A stretch of 64,000 nucleotides of DNA from a candidate division WOR-3 bacterium (GCA_037481815.1 JBBFKX010000001.1:256001-320000); one strand, 5' to 3'; shown: positions 21,372 to 30,372, numbered from the stretch's first letter. Notes: a model not told the origin generated them from the sequence alone. Numbers and translations: made by a program.

Positions 21372-21884
21372 ATGGAACTTAAAAGTTTTATAAGGGACAT
21401 ACCTGATTTTCCGGTGAAGGGAATAATCTTTAAAGATGTTACACCTGTTATACTTGATCCTTATGCGTTTAAATACGCTGTTGACAGAATGAGTGAACAT
21501 TTTGATTTTTCAAAAATTGATAAAATTGCAGGGATCGAATCAAGAGGCTTTATCTTCGGAATCGCTATCGCAAACAAATATAACAAAGGTTTTATACCTA
21601 TAAGAAAGAAAGGAAAATTACCTTATAAAACTTTTGAGGAAACTTATACTCTTGAATATGGAACAGCAACGATAGAGATGCATACAGATGCTGTATCAAA
21701 AGGAGAGAATATACTTCTTGTTGATGATCTACTTGCAACCGGTGGAACGATGAAAGCAGCAACAAAACTTATTGAAAAAGCAGGTGGAAATGTTGCTGGA
21801 ATATCATTTTTAATCGAACTGGATTTTTTAAATGGTAGAAAGAATCTTGAAAATTGGGAAATATCAAGTATAATTCACTTTTAA
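21372..21884 (+). CDS. apt: Adenine phosphoribosyltransferase
   Basis: IPDFPVKGIIFKDVTP, GIESRGF, RKKGKLP, LEYG, VDDLLATGGT; start moved to ATG 21372 behind AAGGAGG. Confidence 0.95.
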   Translation: MELKSFIRDIPDFPVKGIIFKDVTPVILDPYAFKYAVDRMSEHFDFSKIDKIAGIESRGFIFGIAIANKYNKGFIPIRKKGKLPYKTFEETYTLEYGTATIEMHTDAVSKGENILLVDDLLATGGTMKAATKLIEKAGGNVAGISFLIELDFLNGRKNLENWEISSIIHF

Positions 21885-21889
21885 AAAAT

Positions 21890-21962
21890 GCCCCTGTAGC
21901 TCAGTGGATAGAGCATCTGTTTCCTAAACAGAGGGCCACAAGTTCGATTCTTGTCAGGGGCA
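21890..21962 (+). tRNA. tRNA-Arg(CCT), CCA not encoded
   Basis: Acceptor GCCCCTG/CAGGGGC, D-arm TAGCTCAGTGGATAGAGC, anticodon arm TCTGT-TTCCTAA-ACAGA, T-loop GTTCGATTC. Confidence 0.95.
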
Positions 21963-21983
21963 CTTATAAAAAAGGAGTGGCAA

Positions 21984-22745
21984 ATGGCAATAGTTAAAAA
22001 GGTCAAAGTAAAAAAATCTGAACTCAAAAAAGATAAGTTCGTAGAAACTGTTGGAGAGTTTATAAACTGGTCAAGATCGAATTGGAGATATCTTTTTATA
22101 GGTGTTTCAGCATTTATTCTTGTTATCATCATAGCAGTTTCAATAAGATCAAGTTTTGTTTCGAAAGAAAAAAATTCATCTCTCGAATTGACAGGCGCTA
22201 TAGATATATTTGTTTCTGGTGATTTCAAACAGGCACTTGAACTGTTCATAAATATCAAACAAACATATTACGGAACAAATTCATCAAAGAAAGCAACATA
22301 TTATATCGGAATGTGTAATCTGAATCTTGGAGCAATGGATCAACAGAATTCTCAAAAATACTACAACGATGCGATTAAAAATTTGAAACAGTTTATCAAA
22401 TACAATTATGGACTCGATGAATTAAAATGTGCTGCATATATTGGCATAGCAAAGGCGTTTGAAGGATTGGTTCAAATAGATTCAGCACTCGTATACTACC
22501 AGCAAGCAATAAAAAAAGTGCCTGAAAATGCCTATACCCCTGAAGCATATCTTGGAATGGGAAGAGTTTATGAAATGAAATATGAAGTTGAAGACGCTAT
22601 AAACTGCTATGAAGAAATAATCTTTAGATTCCCGAATTCAAGTTTTGTCCAACAGGCACATGTTTATAAAAATATGCTTGAAGGTGCTGTTGATCCTTTA
22701 ACCCAACAGTACAACGAGAAGAAACAGCAGGGCAAAATTAAATAA
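21984..22745 (+). CDS. Membrane-anchored tetratricopeptide-repeat protein (YfgM/CpoB-like)
   Basis: ELKKDKF followed by a single TM helix, then TPR-like helices (AYIGIAKAFE, EAYLGMGRVYE..AINCYEEII..FPNS); start at ATG 21984 after AAGGAG. Confidence 0.75.
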   Translation: MAIVKKVKVKKSELKKDKFVETVGEFINWSRSNWRYLFIGVSAFILVIIIAVSIRSSFVSKEKNSSLELTGAIDIFVSGDFKQALELFINIKQTYYGTNSSKKATYYIGMCNLNLGAMDQQNSQKYYNDAIKNLKQFIKYNYGLDELKCAAYIGIAKAFEGLVQIDSALVYYQQAIKKVPENAYTPEAYLGMGRVYEMKYEVEDAINCYEEIIFRFPNSSFVQQAHVYKNMLEGAVDPLTQQYNEKKQQGKIK

Positions 22746-22784
22746 AAATTTTAGATTTTTATCTCAAAATTATTAATACACATA

Positions 22785-22812
22785 ATTCCCGATAATATAT
22801 ATTATGTAAAGT
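22785..22812. other. dif: dif-like XerC/XerD chromosome dimer resolution site
   Basis: ATTCCCGATAA-TATATA-TTATGTAAAGT, 11-6-11 layout, close to B. subtilis dif (ACTTCCTAGAA-TATATA-TTATGTAAACT); intergenic, at the switch of gene orientation. Confidence 0.85.
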
Positions 22813-22923
22813 TGACTATGTAAAATTCAATTAAATACCTTGATTTTCTTTCTGTCAAAACATCACATAAATAATACAATTTCATATAATTGTCTTCCTC
22901 TTTTTAACTAACGGGATATCTTT

Positions 22924-23951
22924 TTAGAATTTATTTTTTTGAAATTTATTTTTTATTTCCAGAATAAAACTGTTCAAGATTCCTATTCCAAAACATATTC
23001 CCAATGAAAAAATAATGTTCACTATCAAAATACTCTTGTATGCTTCTGGTTCCTTTTTAAACAGGATTAAAATGATACCAAATATCAAAGTTAAAACCTG
23101 CTCATGGAAACCCAATATATATAGCGTACTTTTTGATACTAATTCATAAATTTTTCTTCCTAAACCAAGTTTTTCAACGATTACTGAAAGAAAAATAATC
23201 ATAACACTACCAATAAAGCCATTTATATAATAGATTATAAAGTTGTTTCCAAAAAGATTCCCAACAAGATCAACAAATCCGTTAATTTTGGTTAGATATT
23301 GATTTAATAACAAAAATACAAAAAATAAAACTATTATTTTATATATACTTAATCTTTTTAAATTAACTATAAAATTATTTTTCTTAATGATAAATCCTGA
23401 AAAATAAAATACTTGTGCTATTAAGACCTTCTCGAAACCGTAAATTAACCTTAAATGTAATATATTTGTAAAAATATAACAATAAGACCCAAAATAATTG
23501 GGATTATTAAAAGTAAAACTTGATTTTTTATTTTGGAAATATAAAAATAAAGCAATTCTATCAGAAATAAGACATACAAAAACCATAATGATATATTGTG
23601 AACAAGGTAATCGTTGTGTGATAGACCTGTTAAGGTTCCGACTATAGGTTTTAAGTATCCTATTTCAGAGACAAGTCCAATTCCATGTCTCCCCGTTACA
23701 AATACCCAGAACAGATAAGTCAAAAAACTGAAAATAAAATAAGGAATTATTAATCTTTTGAACTTTTTTATAAAGAATTCTTTGAAATTCGATTCGGTTT
23801 TAAAAAGAAATCCCGATACAATAAAAAACAAAGGCATATGGAACGAGTATATAAATGTTTTTAAATTTGGGTTAATCTCTGTATGTCCTAAAACGACCAA
23901 GAAAATTCCTAAAGATTTTGCTATATCAACAAAATTTTCTCTTTTATCCAT
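22924..23951 (-). pseudogene. Acyltransferase-3 (OafA-like membrane O-acyltransferase) split by a 1-nt frameshift
   Basis: N-half (23951-23451): DIAKSLGIFLVVLGH, IYSFHMPLFFIVSG, LWFL. C-half in another frame (to 22924): FYFSG..STLYILGFH. Frames switch near 23470-23485. Confidence 0.75.
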
Positions 23952-23960
23952 TCTTTAACT

Positions 23961-23988
23961 ATTATATATTTACTCTAAAATATTTCAA
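23961..23988 (-). promoter_or_regulatory. Putative promoter of the acyltransferase gene (near-leaderless)
   Basis: TTGAAA-16 bp-TATAAT ending 9 nt before the ATG; no SD. Confidence 0.55.
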
Positions 23989-23996
23989 CACAGATC

Positions 23997-24029
23997 AAAA
24001 ATGTCAAAAAGTCAAGCACCGTCCCCAAT
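23997..24029 (+). repeat. Dispersed ~30-bp element, copy 1
   Basis: AAAAATGTCAAAAAGTCAAGCACCGTCCCCAAT; identical over 33 bp to the reverse complement of 41026-41058 and over 29 bp to 25213-25241. Confidence 0.9.
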
Positions 24030-24059
24030 CAAAATAAACTATTATATATTTGATAGTTA

Positions 24060-24087
24060 TTGACATAAACAATTGTTTTGATAATAT
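24060..24087 (+). promoter_or_regulatory. Putative promoter giving a leaderless mRNA for the lipoprotein gene
   Basis: TTGACA-16 bp-TAATAT, 7 nt before ATG 24095; no SD. Confidence 0.5.
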
Positions 24088-24094
24088 AAAATCT

Positions 24095-25168
24095 ATGAAA
24101 CTGAGAGAAAAAAAAATCTTTATCCTTTTCTTTTTAGTTCTTTTAATAAATTGTGCGCATCGTTATCAAAAATATTCTCTTGACTTGACAAAAGATGTTA
24201 GGATCCATAAAGGTAAAATCGATTGGTATTATACCTATATTTTAACTCAAAATCAGCAAAAAAAGTATGATTATTTTATAATTGTTTTTCAATATTATGA
24301 TGCTATTTCATATTTTTCAAACATCTATATCAAAGATATTTTAAAGGATACTTTCTATTATTACGAAACCAACTTTCCTGTCTATTCTGGTATGAAGAAT
24401 TTTAGAAATAATAATGATTTCGAAAACCTGAGTTTTGATATAAATTTTTATCTTAACGATTTACAATGTTCGATAAATTTTGATTACGATAACAAGGTGC
24501 TTATAAATGGAGATAGCGGATACATAATAATGGGACATATTAAAGATACAGCAGGATATTATTCCTTAATATCAAACAAAATAACAGGTTTCATAAAAAC
24601 AGATAAAGTGAATATTGATTTATCAACAGTATCTAAAAAATATGGATGGTTTGATCATCAATGGGGAAATATGAAACTTGATATTAAAAATAGATGGATA
24701 TGGAGTGGGATCTTTCTTGGTGAAGATGAATTTCTTGTTTCAGGTCATTTTAAAAATCATGAATTCAATTTTTTACAATATCACAATCTTAAAGACAAAA
24801 AATCGATAATATACAAAAACACTTTTCTTGAACCTTTAACATACAGAAAATCACTCTTATCGCGTAAAATCTACGAATATGGTTTTCTTATAAGAAGTAA
24901 AAATGATTCTATCTATCTTTTTTATGAGCCACTTTATGATGAATGCTATATACCTGGAGTAATATTTACCGGTCCGTGTAAAGTAAAGGGCTTTATTAAT
25001 GAAAACTATTATGAAGGTATTGGAACTTTTGAGATTTCTGATCCTGTTGATGATTCAACAATGTTTTATCCATATGACTTTTATAATAGTATTTTCAACA
25101 ATTCAAAAAAAGTTATCGAACAAAATATTGAAAATCGTAAAAAATCAATAAAAATTTACAAGAAATAA
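24095..25168 (+). CDS. Lipoprotein with AttH/CrtC-like (double lipocalin) domain
   Basis: Signal MKLREKKIFILFFLVLLINC (lipobox-like); motifs DWYY, GWFDHQWG, WIWSGIFL, TGPCKVKG resemble the CrtC/AttH family. Confidence 0.6.
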   Translation: MKLREKKIFILFFLVLLINCAHRYQKYSLDLTKDVRIHKGKIDWYYTYILTQNQQKKYDYFIIVFQYYDAISYFSNIYIKDILKDTFYYYETNFPVYSGMKNFRNNNDFENLSFDINFYLNDLQCSINFDYDNKVLINGDSGYIIMGHIKDTAGYYSLISNKITGFIKTDKVNIDLSTVSKKYGWFDHQWGNMKLDIKNRWIWSGIFLGEDEFLVSGHFKNHEFNFLQYHNLKDKKSIIYKNTFLEPLTYRKSLLSRKIYEYGFLIRSKNDSIYLFYEPLYDECYIPGVIFTGPCKVKGFINENYYEGIGTFEISDPVDDSTMFYPYDFYNSIFNNSKKVIEQNIENRKKSIKIYKK

Positions 25169-25204
25169 AAATTTGTATGGTCTATATCTCATTTAATTTT
25201 TTAT

Positions 25205-25241
25205 ACTTACAAAAAAATGTCAAAAAGTCAAGCACCGTCCC
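25205..25241 (+). repeat. Dispersed ~30-bp element, copy 2
   Basis: ACTTACAAAAAAATGTCAAAAAGTCAAGCACCGTCCC; direct repeat of copy 1; matches copy 3 over 37 bp with one mismatch. Confidence 0.9.
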
Positions 25242-25250
25242 TGATTCTTA

Positions 25251-25336
25251 TGTGGATAAGTGTGGGGAGAAAATGTGGAAAAGGGATGTAAGTGTCGAGA
25301 AAATAATGAAAAATGATGTAAAGGAAATGTGGAAAA
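25251..25336. promoter_or_regulatory. Cluster of co-oriented DnaA-box-like 9-mers
   Basis: TGTGGATAA (perfect, 25251-25259), TGTGGAAAA at 25274-25282 and 25328-25336, weaker matches at 25261 and 25293. Confidence 0.5.
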
Positions 25337-26095
25337 ATGGTTAATTTCTTTTCTTTATCAAGTTGTTCTGATGGTAACTCTTTTGTGCTATATTCAAATC
25401 CTGAAGAACTTATACTTATCGACGCTGGACTTTCATATAGGAAAACCAAAAAACTTCTGGAATCAAAATCGCTTTCGATTGAAAATTTAAAAGCAATCGT
25501 TATAACCCATTTTCACCGTGATCATTTTATAGGTCTTGAATCTATTCTGAAAAAGAATCCATCAATAAATTTATATTTTAACGATAATTATAAAAGTCAT
25601 TATCAAAATCACCTTTTTAAAAAACCTTTTGAGTTTGGAAAAAGTTTTTCTGTGTTCGGCTTTGAGTTTTTCCCATTCGAAATTTCACATGATATGTTAA
25701 ATACCGGCTTTATAATAAATTATCACGACTCAAAAATTGGATTCCTTTCAGATATGGGACAATTTGATGATAATCTGATTCCTCTCTTAAAAGATATCAA
25801 GGTTCTTGTGATCGAATCAAACCATTCAAAAGAAGGTCTTCATAAATCGAAATATTCTGACTCATTAAAACAAAGGATACTTTCTGAAAATGGGCACTTG
25901 TCAAATGATGATACACTTAAAGTTATAAAAAAACTTTATAATGAAAATATAAGATACATATTTTTACATCATTTAAGTAAAAGAACCAACTCCCCTGAAA
26001 TTGTCTATAACGAAGTTATCTCACTTTTTCCATCTGAAAAAACAAAATTTGTTATCTCTCCTTACAACTCGCCTTCAGAAACGATAACTTTATAG
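25337..26095 (+). CDS. MBL-fold metallo-hydrolase, YycJ/WalJ-like
   Basis: SSCSDGNS, LIDAG, THFHRDH, SHD, SDMG, IESNH, RILSENGHLSN, LHHLSKRTN. Confidence 0.82.
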   Translation: MVNFFSLSSCSDGNSFVLYSNPEELILIDAGLSYRKTKKLLESKSLSIENLKAIVITHFHRDHFIGLESILKKNPSINLYFNDNYKSHYQNHLFKKPFEFGKSFSVFGFEFFPFEISHDMLNTGFIINYHDSKIGFLSDMGQFDDNLIPLLKDIKVLVIESNHSKEGLHKSKYSDSLKQRILSENGHLSNDDTLKVIKKLYNENIRYIFLHHLSKRTNSPEIVYNEVISLFPSEKTKFVISPYNSPSETITL

Positions 26096-26096
26096 T

Positions 26097-28202
26097 TTAT
26101 TTAGTTATACCCCAAACATAATAAAGTAAAAATGCATTGTCAAACGCTATCTCTTCATACCAATTATATTTACCTGAATTTCCACCATGTCCAGCATTCA
26201 TTCTCATCTTTAAAAGTAAGAGGTTGTTATCAAGTTTATTATCTCTCATTTTGGCAACCCATTTCAATGGTTCCCAATACATAACCCTTGTGTCATAAAA
26301 TGATGATTTCACAAGGATTATTGGATATTTTTTTGGTTGAATATTGTCATAGGGGCTATATTTTATCATATAATCGAACTGCTCTTTTATCTGTGGGTTG
26401 CCCCATTCTTCAAACTCCCCTACAGTGAGTGGTAAAGTTGTATCAAGCATCGTGTTTATAAGATCAACGAAGGGAACACCAAGGATTGCTCCTTTGAAAA
26501 GATGTGGTTTCATGTTCAAAACGGAACCTATCAAAAGTCCTCCGGCACTTCCACCTTCTATTGCGAGTTTGTCCTGAGATGTATATCCTTTCTGAATAAG
26601 ATATTCAGCACAAGAAATGAAATCAGTAAAAGTGTTCATCTTTTTAAACATCTTTCCATCAAGATACCATTTTCTACCTTTGTCCCCACCTCCCCTGATG
26701 TGTGCTATACCGTATATCACTCCCCTATCGAGCAAAGATAACCTTGATGTTGAAAAGTATGGGTCTGATGGAGCGCCATAAGCCCCATATCCTGTTAAAA
26801 GTAAAGGACGATTTTCTGGCTTGAATTTTTTATTGTAAACGAGTGATATCGGGATCATCTCTCCATCTGGTGCTTTTGCATAGATATATTCGGTTACATA
26901 ATTTTCTTTTTTATAACCTTTTATTTCATCTACTTTTTTCACAACACTTTTTAAACTCCATACATCGATATCTATCACAGTTGAAGGTGTCTTTAAAGAC
27001 ATATAGGAAACTCTTAACGAATCCCTTTTAAAAGATGAGTTTGAAAATGGATAAAAAGTGCAATTCTCTTCACCAAAATCAAAATATTTTGATTCACCAC
27101 TATCAAGGTAGTAAAATTTTAACTTTTTTCGTCCATTAACCCTTTCATAGACAGATAAGAATTTTTCAAATGCATCAAAACCTTCAATCATGAGGGTATC
27201 TGAACCTTTGATAACCGTATAAGAGTTTTCTATTGTTGAATCGATTCTGAATCTTTTTAAGTCGAAATTAACACAATCTTTATTTGTTAAAAAGTAAAAA
27301 TATTTCCCTGATTGATCAAACGAATATTCAACTCCATCTTCCCTTTTCACAAGTGGTTTCATAACCAATTCTCTATCACCACTTTCAATGTAGTAATATT
27401 CAGATGTTGTTGAACTGGAAACTGAGACCAATATGTAATCTTTATTTCTTGTTTTGTTAATATAAACCGAAAATTTTTCATCTTTCTCTTCATAAAGAAG
27501 TGTATCCTTTCCTGTTCTCATATCGTAAAATTTTAAAGCATAAGATCTTGAAATATCATTTTGAATCGTGTAAAAAAATCCATCGTTGTATCTGTTGAAT
27601 GCAAAAGATGTGATATTATCGATAACCGGTAAAGCGATATTTTGTTTTGTTTTCAAATCGAGGATTCTTAAAGTGTAATTCTCATTTCCCAGAGTATCAA
27701 AAGAATAGGACAGCATCCTGTGATCAGTTGAAATCTCTCCAAAATTCAAATCGAAGAAAGCATAATTTTTCGCATATTCGTTCACATCAATAATAACTTC
27801 CTCTTTTGCACCTTCTTTATCTTTTTTTCGACAAAAGATTGTATAGTCCTTTCCTTTCAAATCCTTATAATAGTAAAGGAAAGAATCCCTTCTTTCTGGA
27901 ACAGAAATATCATCCTTATCCACTTTTTTTAAAATCTCGTTAAAAAGTTGTTTCTGTAAATTTTTTGTTTTTATCATTATTTTTTCAGTATATTCGTTTT
28001 CTTGATCGATATAGTCCAGCACCCTTTTATCATCACTATTTCTGAAATAAAAATAATCATCAACAAGAGTTGTATCATGTATATTCAAATAATGTGGTTC
28101 TTTTATCGCATCAGGTGGAGTCAAAGATTTAAGTTGTTTTGAAAAACTGAAAACGAAAACTAAAAGAACGATTAAAATAATTACACTTTTTGATTTTTTC
28201 AT
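26097..28202 (-). CDS. ptrB: Oligopeptidase B (S9A serine peptidase) with signal peptide
   Basis: GYGAYG, AHIRGGG, KMNTFTDF, GGSAGG, VPFVD, PLT.GEFEEWGNP, YSPYDN, DTRVMYWEP.KW, AGHGG; start ATG 28202 after AAAGGAG. Confidence 0.9.
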   Translation of the reverse strand: MKKSKSVIILIVLLVFVFSFSKQLKSLTPPDAIKEPHYLNIHDTTLVDDYFYFRNSDDKRVLDYIDQENEYTEKIMIKTKNLQKQLFNEILKKVDKDDISVPERRDSFLYYYKDLKGKDYTIFCRKKDKEGAKEEVIIDVNEYAKNYAFFDLNFGEISTDHRMLSYSFDTLGNENYTLRILDLKTKQNIALPVIDNITSFAFNRYNDGFFYTIQNDISRSYALKFYDMRTGKDTLLYEEKDEKFSVYINKTRNKDYILVSVSSSTTSEYYYIESGDRELVMKPLVKREDGVEYSFDQSGKYFYFLTNKDCVNFDLKRFRIDSTIENSYTVIKGSDTLMIEGFDAFEKFLSVYERVNGRKKLKFYYLDSGESKYFDFGEENCTFYPFSNSSFKRDSLRVSYMSLKTPSTVIDIDVWSLKSVVKKVDEIKGYKKENYVTEYIYAKAPDGEMIPISLVYNKKFKPENRPLLLTGYGAYGAPSDPYFSTSRLSLLDRGVIYGIAHIRGGGDKGRKWYLDGKMFKKMNTFTDFISCAEYLIQKGYTSQDKLAIEGGSAGGLLIGSVLNMKPHLFKGAILGVPFVDLINTMLDTTLPLTVGEFEEWGNPQIKEQFDYMIKYSPYDNIQPKKYPIILVKSSFYDTRVMYWEPLKWVAKMRDNKLDNNLLLLKMRMNAGHGGNSGKYNWYEEIAFDNAFLLYYVWGITK

Positions 28203-28226
28203 CACATCTCCTTTCATATTCAATAT

Positions 28227-28254
28227 ATGGTAATCATTTTGAAACAAGATTCAA
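28227..28254 (-). promoter_or_regulatory. Putative promoter of ptrB
   Basis: TTGAAT-16 bp-TACCAT upstream of the SD. Confidence 0.4.
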
Positions 28255-28289
28255 GTGGGATAGACGAAGATAGATATCGTAAAAAATTT

Positions 28290-28910
28290 TTAAGATTCTT
28301 GATAATCTTCTTTAGGTAAATCCTTTATTTTTTTTGCAGGATTACCAGCAATAACACAATGACCTTCCGGAAAACTTTTTGTAACTACAGATCCAGCCCC
28401 TACCACGGTATTTTTCCCCAATTTAACTCCAGGCAATATAACAGCATTCATTCCTATCCAACAATTATCTTCAATAATAACGTTTTCTCCTTCTTTATGT
28501 TTTGAAGGATCAAAGGGATCATGGTTTGTTGCAATTATTCCAACATTGGGGGCTATCCAGACATTTCTACCAATTATTATTCCTCCATTTTTATATGCTT
28601 GAAAATATGAACCTGGAGCTTGAAAAATGTTTATGGAATCGGGATCACAATTTATATTATTAAAATCGATTACTTTACAGAAAGGAGATATTGGAAACGG
28701 AACAGTATTGTTTACATGTAAAAATAATCGTCCATTAAAGTCTCTAATTATCCACATCCATCCTGGTGCATCAAAAAAATATTTTTGTCCTTTAAACCAT
28801 TTATTTTTAAGATATTTTTTGTCATATAAAAATAATGATATTAATTTTGCAAAAAGAAAAACCAGAAATAAATAAAAGTTTTTAACTAAAACTTTCATTT
28901 TTAAATTCAT
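28290..28910 (-). CDS. Hexapeptide-repeat (LbH) sugar O-acetyltransferase
   Basis: IIIGRNVWIAPNV, VIIEDNCWIGMNAVILPGVKLGKNTVVGAGSVVTK, IAGNPAK; true start may be ATG 28898. Confidence 0.85.
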   Translation of the reverse strand: MNLKMKVLVKNFYLFLVFLFAKLISLFLYDKKYLKNKWFKGQKYFFDAPGWMWIIRDFNGRLFLHVNNTVPFPISPFCKVIDFNNINCDPDSINIFQAPGSYFQAYKNGGIIIGRNVWIAPNVGIIATNHDPFDPSKHKEGENVIIEDNCWIGMNAVILPGVKLGKNTVVGAGSVVTKSFPEGHCVIAGNPAKKIKDLPKEDYQES

Positions 28911-30372
28911 CCTCCAGTTTATAATTATTTAAATATTTCCATAAATGAAGAATTTTTTTTCTAAATACAAAAATAAAGTAGAAAATTGAAAATAGAAATG
29001 ATAAAACTATAAAAGATAAATAAGAATTTATTTTGAATTTTAGAATAAAAATTTTCAAAATCTCTAAAATTATCGAAAAAAGAAAAGTTACTAATATAAT
29101 TTTAACAATTGTATTCCATTTAAAAATTTTAAAAAAACTATAGCCAATCATTTTTGAAGTATAGATAAGTTGAAAAAAAGCTACAACAGATAAAGATAAT
29201 AAAGTTGCTATTGCTGGACCTATAAAACCAATTAATTTTATGAATAATATATTAAGAAACAAATTTAAAATTAGAGATATTAAAGACGAATAAAAAATAA
29301 ATTTTGTTTTACCCGAGGCGTTTAATAACATACCAAAATATGTAAATTTTAAAAACAGAAGGAGAGAATATATTCTAAAAATGGGAACAGATTCAATATA
29401 TTTCTTTGAATAAAGTAATGTCACAATTTCTGGAGCAAAAACTAAAAAAATTACTATAAAATAAGAAATAAACATTAGTGATAGTTCATTTGTCTTATTC
29501 CAAAGTTCAAATACCATTTTATAATTTTTCCTTTTAATCTCCCTAACAATAATAGGCATAAGAATTGATATTAAAGAACCTGATATTATTGTAACAGGCA
29601 TTTCTTTTGATCCATTTGTATAAATTGCGAGTTTTTCAGTATCAAAGAATCTACCTATAATAAATTTATCAAGTTCTATATTTATTGTTGAAATAGTTGT
29701 CGCAAGTCCTAAAGGAATTGAAAATTTTAATATACTTTTCAAAATTCTATTTTCAATTTTGAATTTGAATTTATTAACATAAAAATAAATGTATAAAAGA
29801 AAAATAATAGATACAATTAGTTCAATTGCAAGATAAAATGTCAAAAATGTTTTAAAATTACTTTTAAAAATAATGTTCAAAGAAACAGTAATAAGGAGTA
29901 AGGCAGAATGAAATATTTTGAAAAATAATAAATTTTTTGTTTTATTTGAAACTATCAAAATATTGTCAAAACTTGATTTACTGATAATTGCAAAAGGTAA
30001 AATAAAAAAAACGATCGAATATGATATTAAATCATTGTTGTTGAAATATTTTGCGAAGAATGAATCAGTTAAAATGAGGGTAACTCCGATAATTACCGAA
30101 ATAAAAATAGAGAAAGTATAAAAAATTGATAAAAAATTGCTTCTTCCTTCAACATTATCCTCTTTTGCCATAAAGTAATTAACACTTGAAGCAAGTCCAA
30201 AACCAAGAACTATAGTAGCAAAATTGGAAATAAGTAAAATTTGAGAAAAAGTTCCATATTCTTTTAGAGTTAAAAACCTTGTAAGAATCATTAAATATAT
30301 TATCATCACAACAAGATTTATAAATCTTGTAATTGTCAAAATCAATGAATTAGTAGCAATTTTTATGTTCAT
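28882..30372 (-). CDS. wzx: Wzx-type oligosaccharide flippase (MOP family)
   Basis: Many TM helices; ILTRFL..EYG, LKFSIPL, DKFIIGRF, AIY, LIGFIGPAIAT. Confidence 0.85.
   Translation of the reverse strand: MNIKIATNSLILTITRFINLVVMIIYLMILTRFLTLKEYGTFSQILLISNFATIVLGFGLASSVNYFMAKEDNVEGRSNFLSIFYTFSIFISVIIGVTLILTDSFFAKYFNNNDLISYSIVFFILPFAIISKSSFDNILIVSNKTKNLLFFKIFHSALLLITVSLNIIFKSNFKTFLTFYLAIELIVSIIFLLYIYFYVNKFKFKIENRILKSILKFSIPLGLATTISTINIELDKFIIGRFFDTEKLAIYTNGSKEMPVTIISGSLISILMPIIVREIKRKNYKMVFELWNKTNELSLMFISYFIVIFLVFAPEIVTLLYSKKYIESVPIFRIYSLLLFLKFTYFGMLLNASGKTKFIFYSSLISLILNLFLNILFIKLIGFIGPAIATLLSLSVVAFFQLIYTSKMIGYSFFKIFKWNTIVKIILVTFLFSIILEILKIFILKFKINSYLSFIVLSFLFSIFYFIFVFRKKILHLWKYLNNYKLEDEFKNESFS

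Noticed and set aside
21881..22258. Antisense ORF over tRNA-Arg, and the ORF-track start at 21951
   Set aside because: Both overlap a well-formed tRNA; the SD-supported start of the TPR gene is 21984.
21890..22812. Prophage or ICE integrated at tRNA-Arg or dif
   Set aside because: No integrase, phage or conjugation genes, and I found no duplicated tRNA 3' end or second dif-like site in the window.
23997..25241. The 30-bp direct repeats as a CRISPR array or integron attC sites
   Set aside because: Only two direct copies 1.2 kb apart, no spacer-sized intervals or cas genes, and no RYYYAAC/GTTRRRY palindromic attC structure.
25251..25336. DnaA boxes as oriC, or TGTGG repeats as MraZ boxes
   Set aside because: Genes converge on this region, a dif site is adjacent and no dnaA/dnaN is nearby. 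Only two TGTGG units are 10 bp apart and there is no mraZ/dcw cluster downstream.
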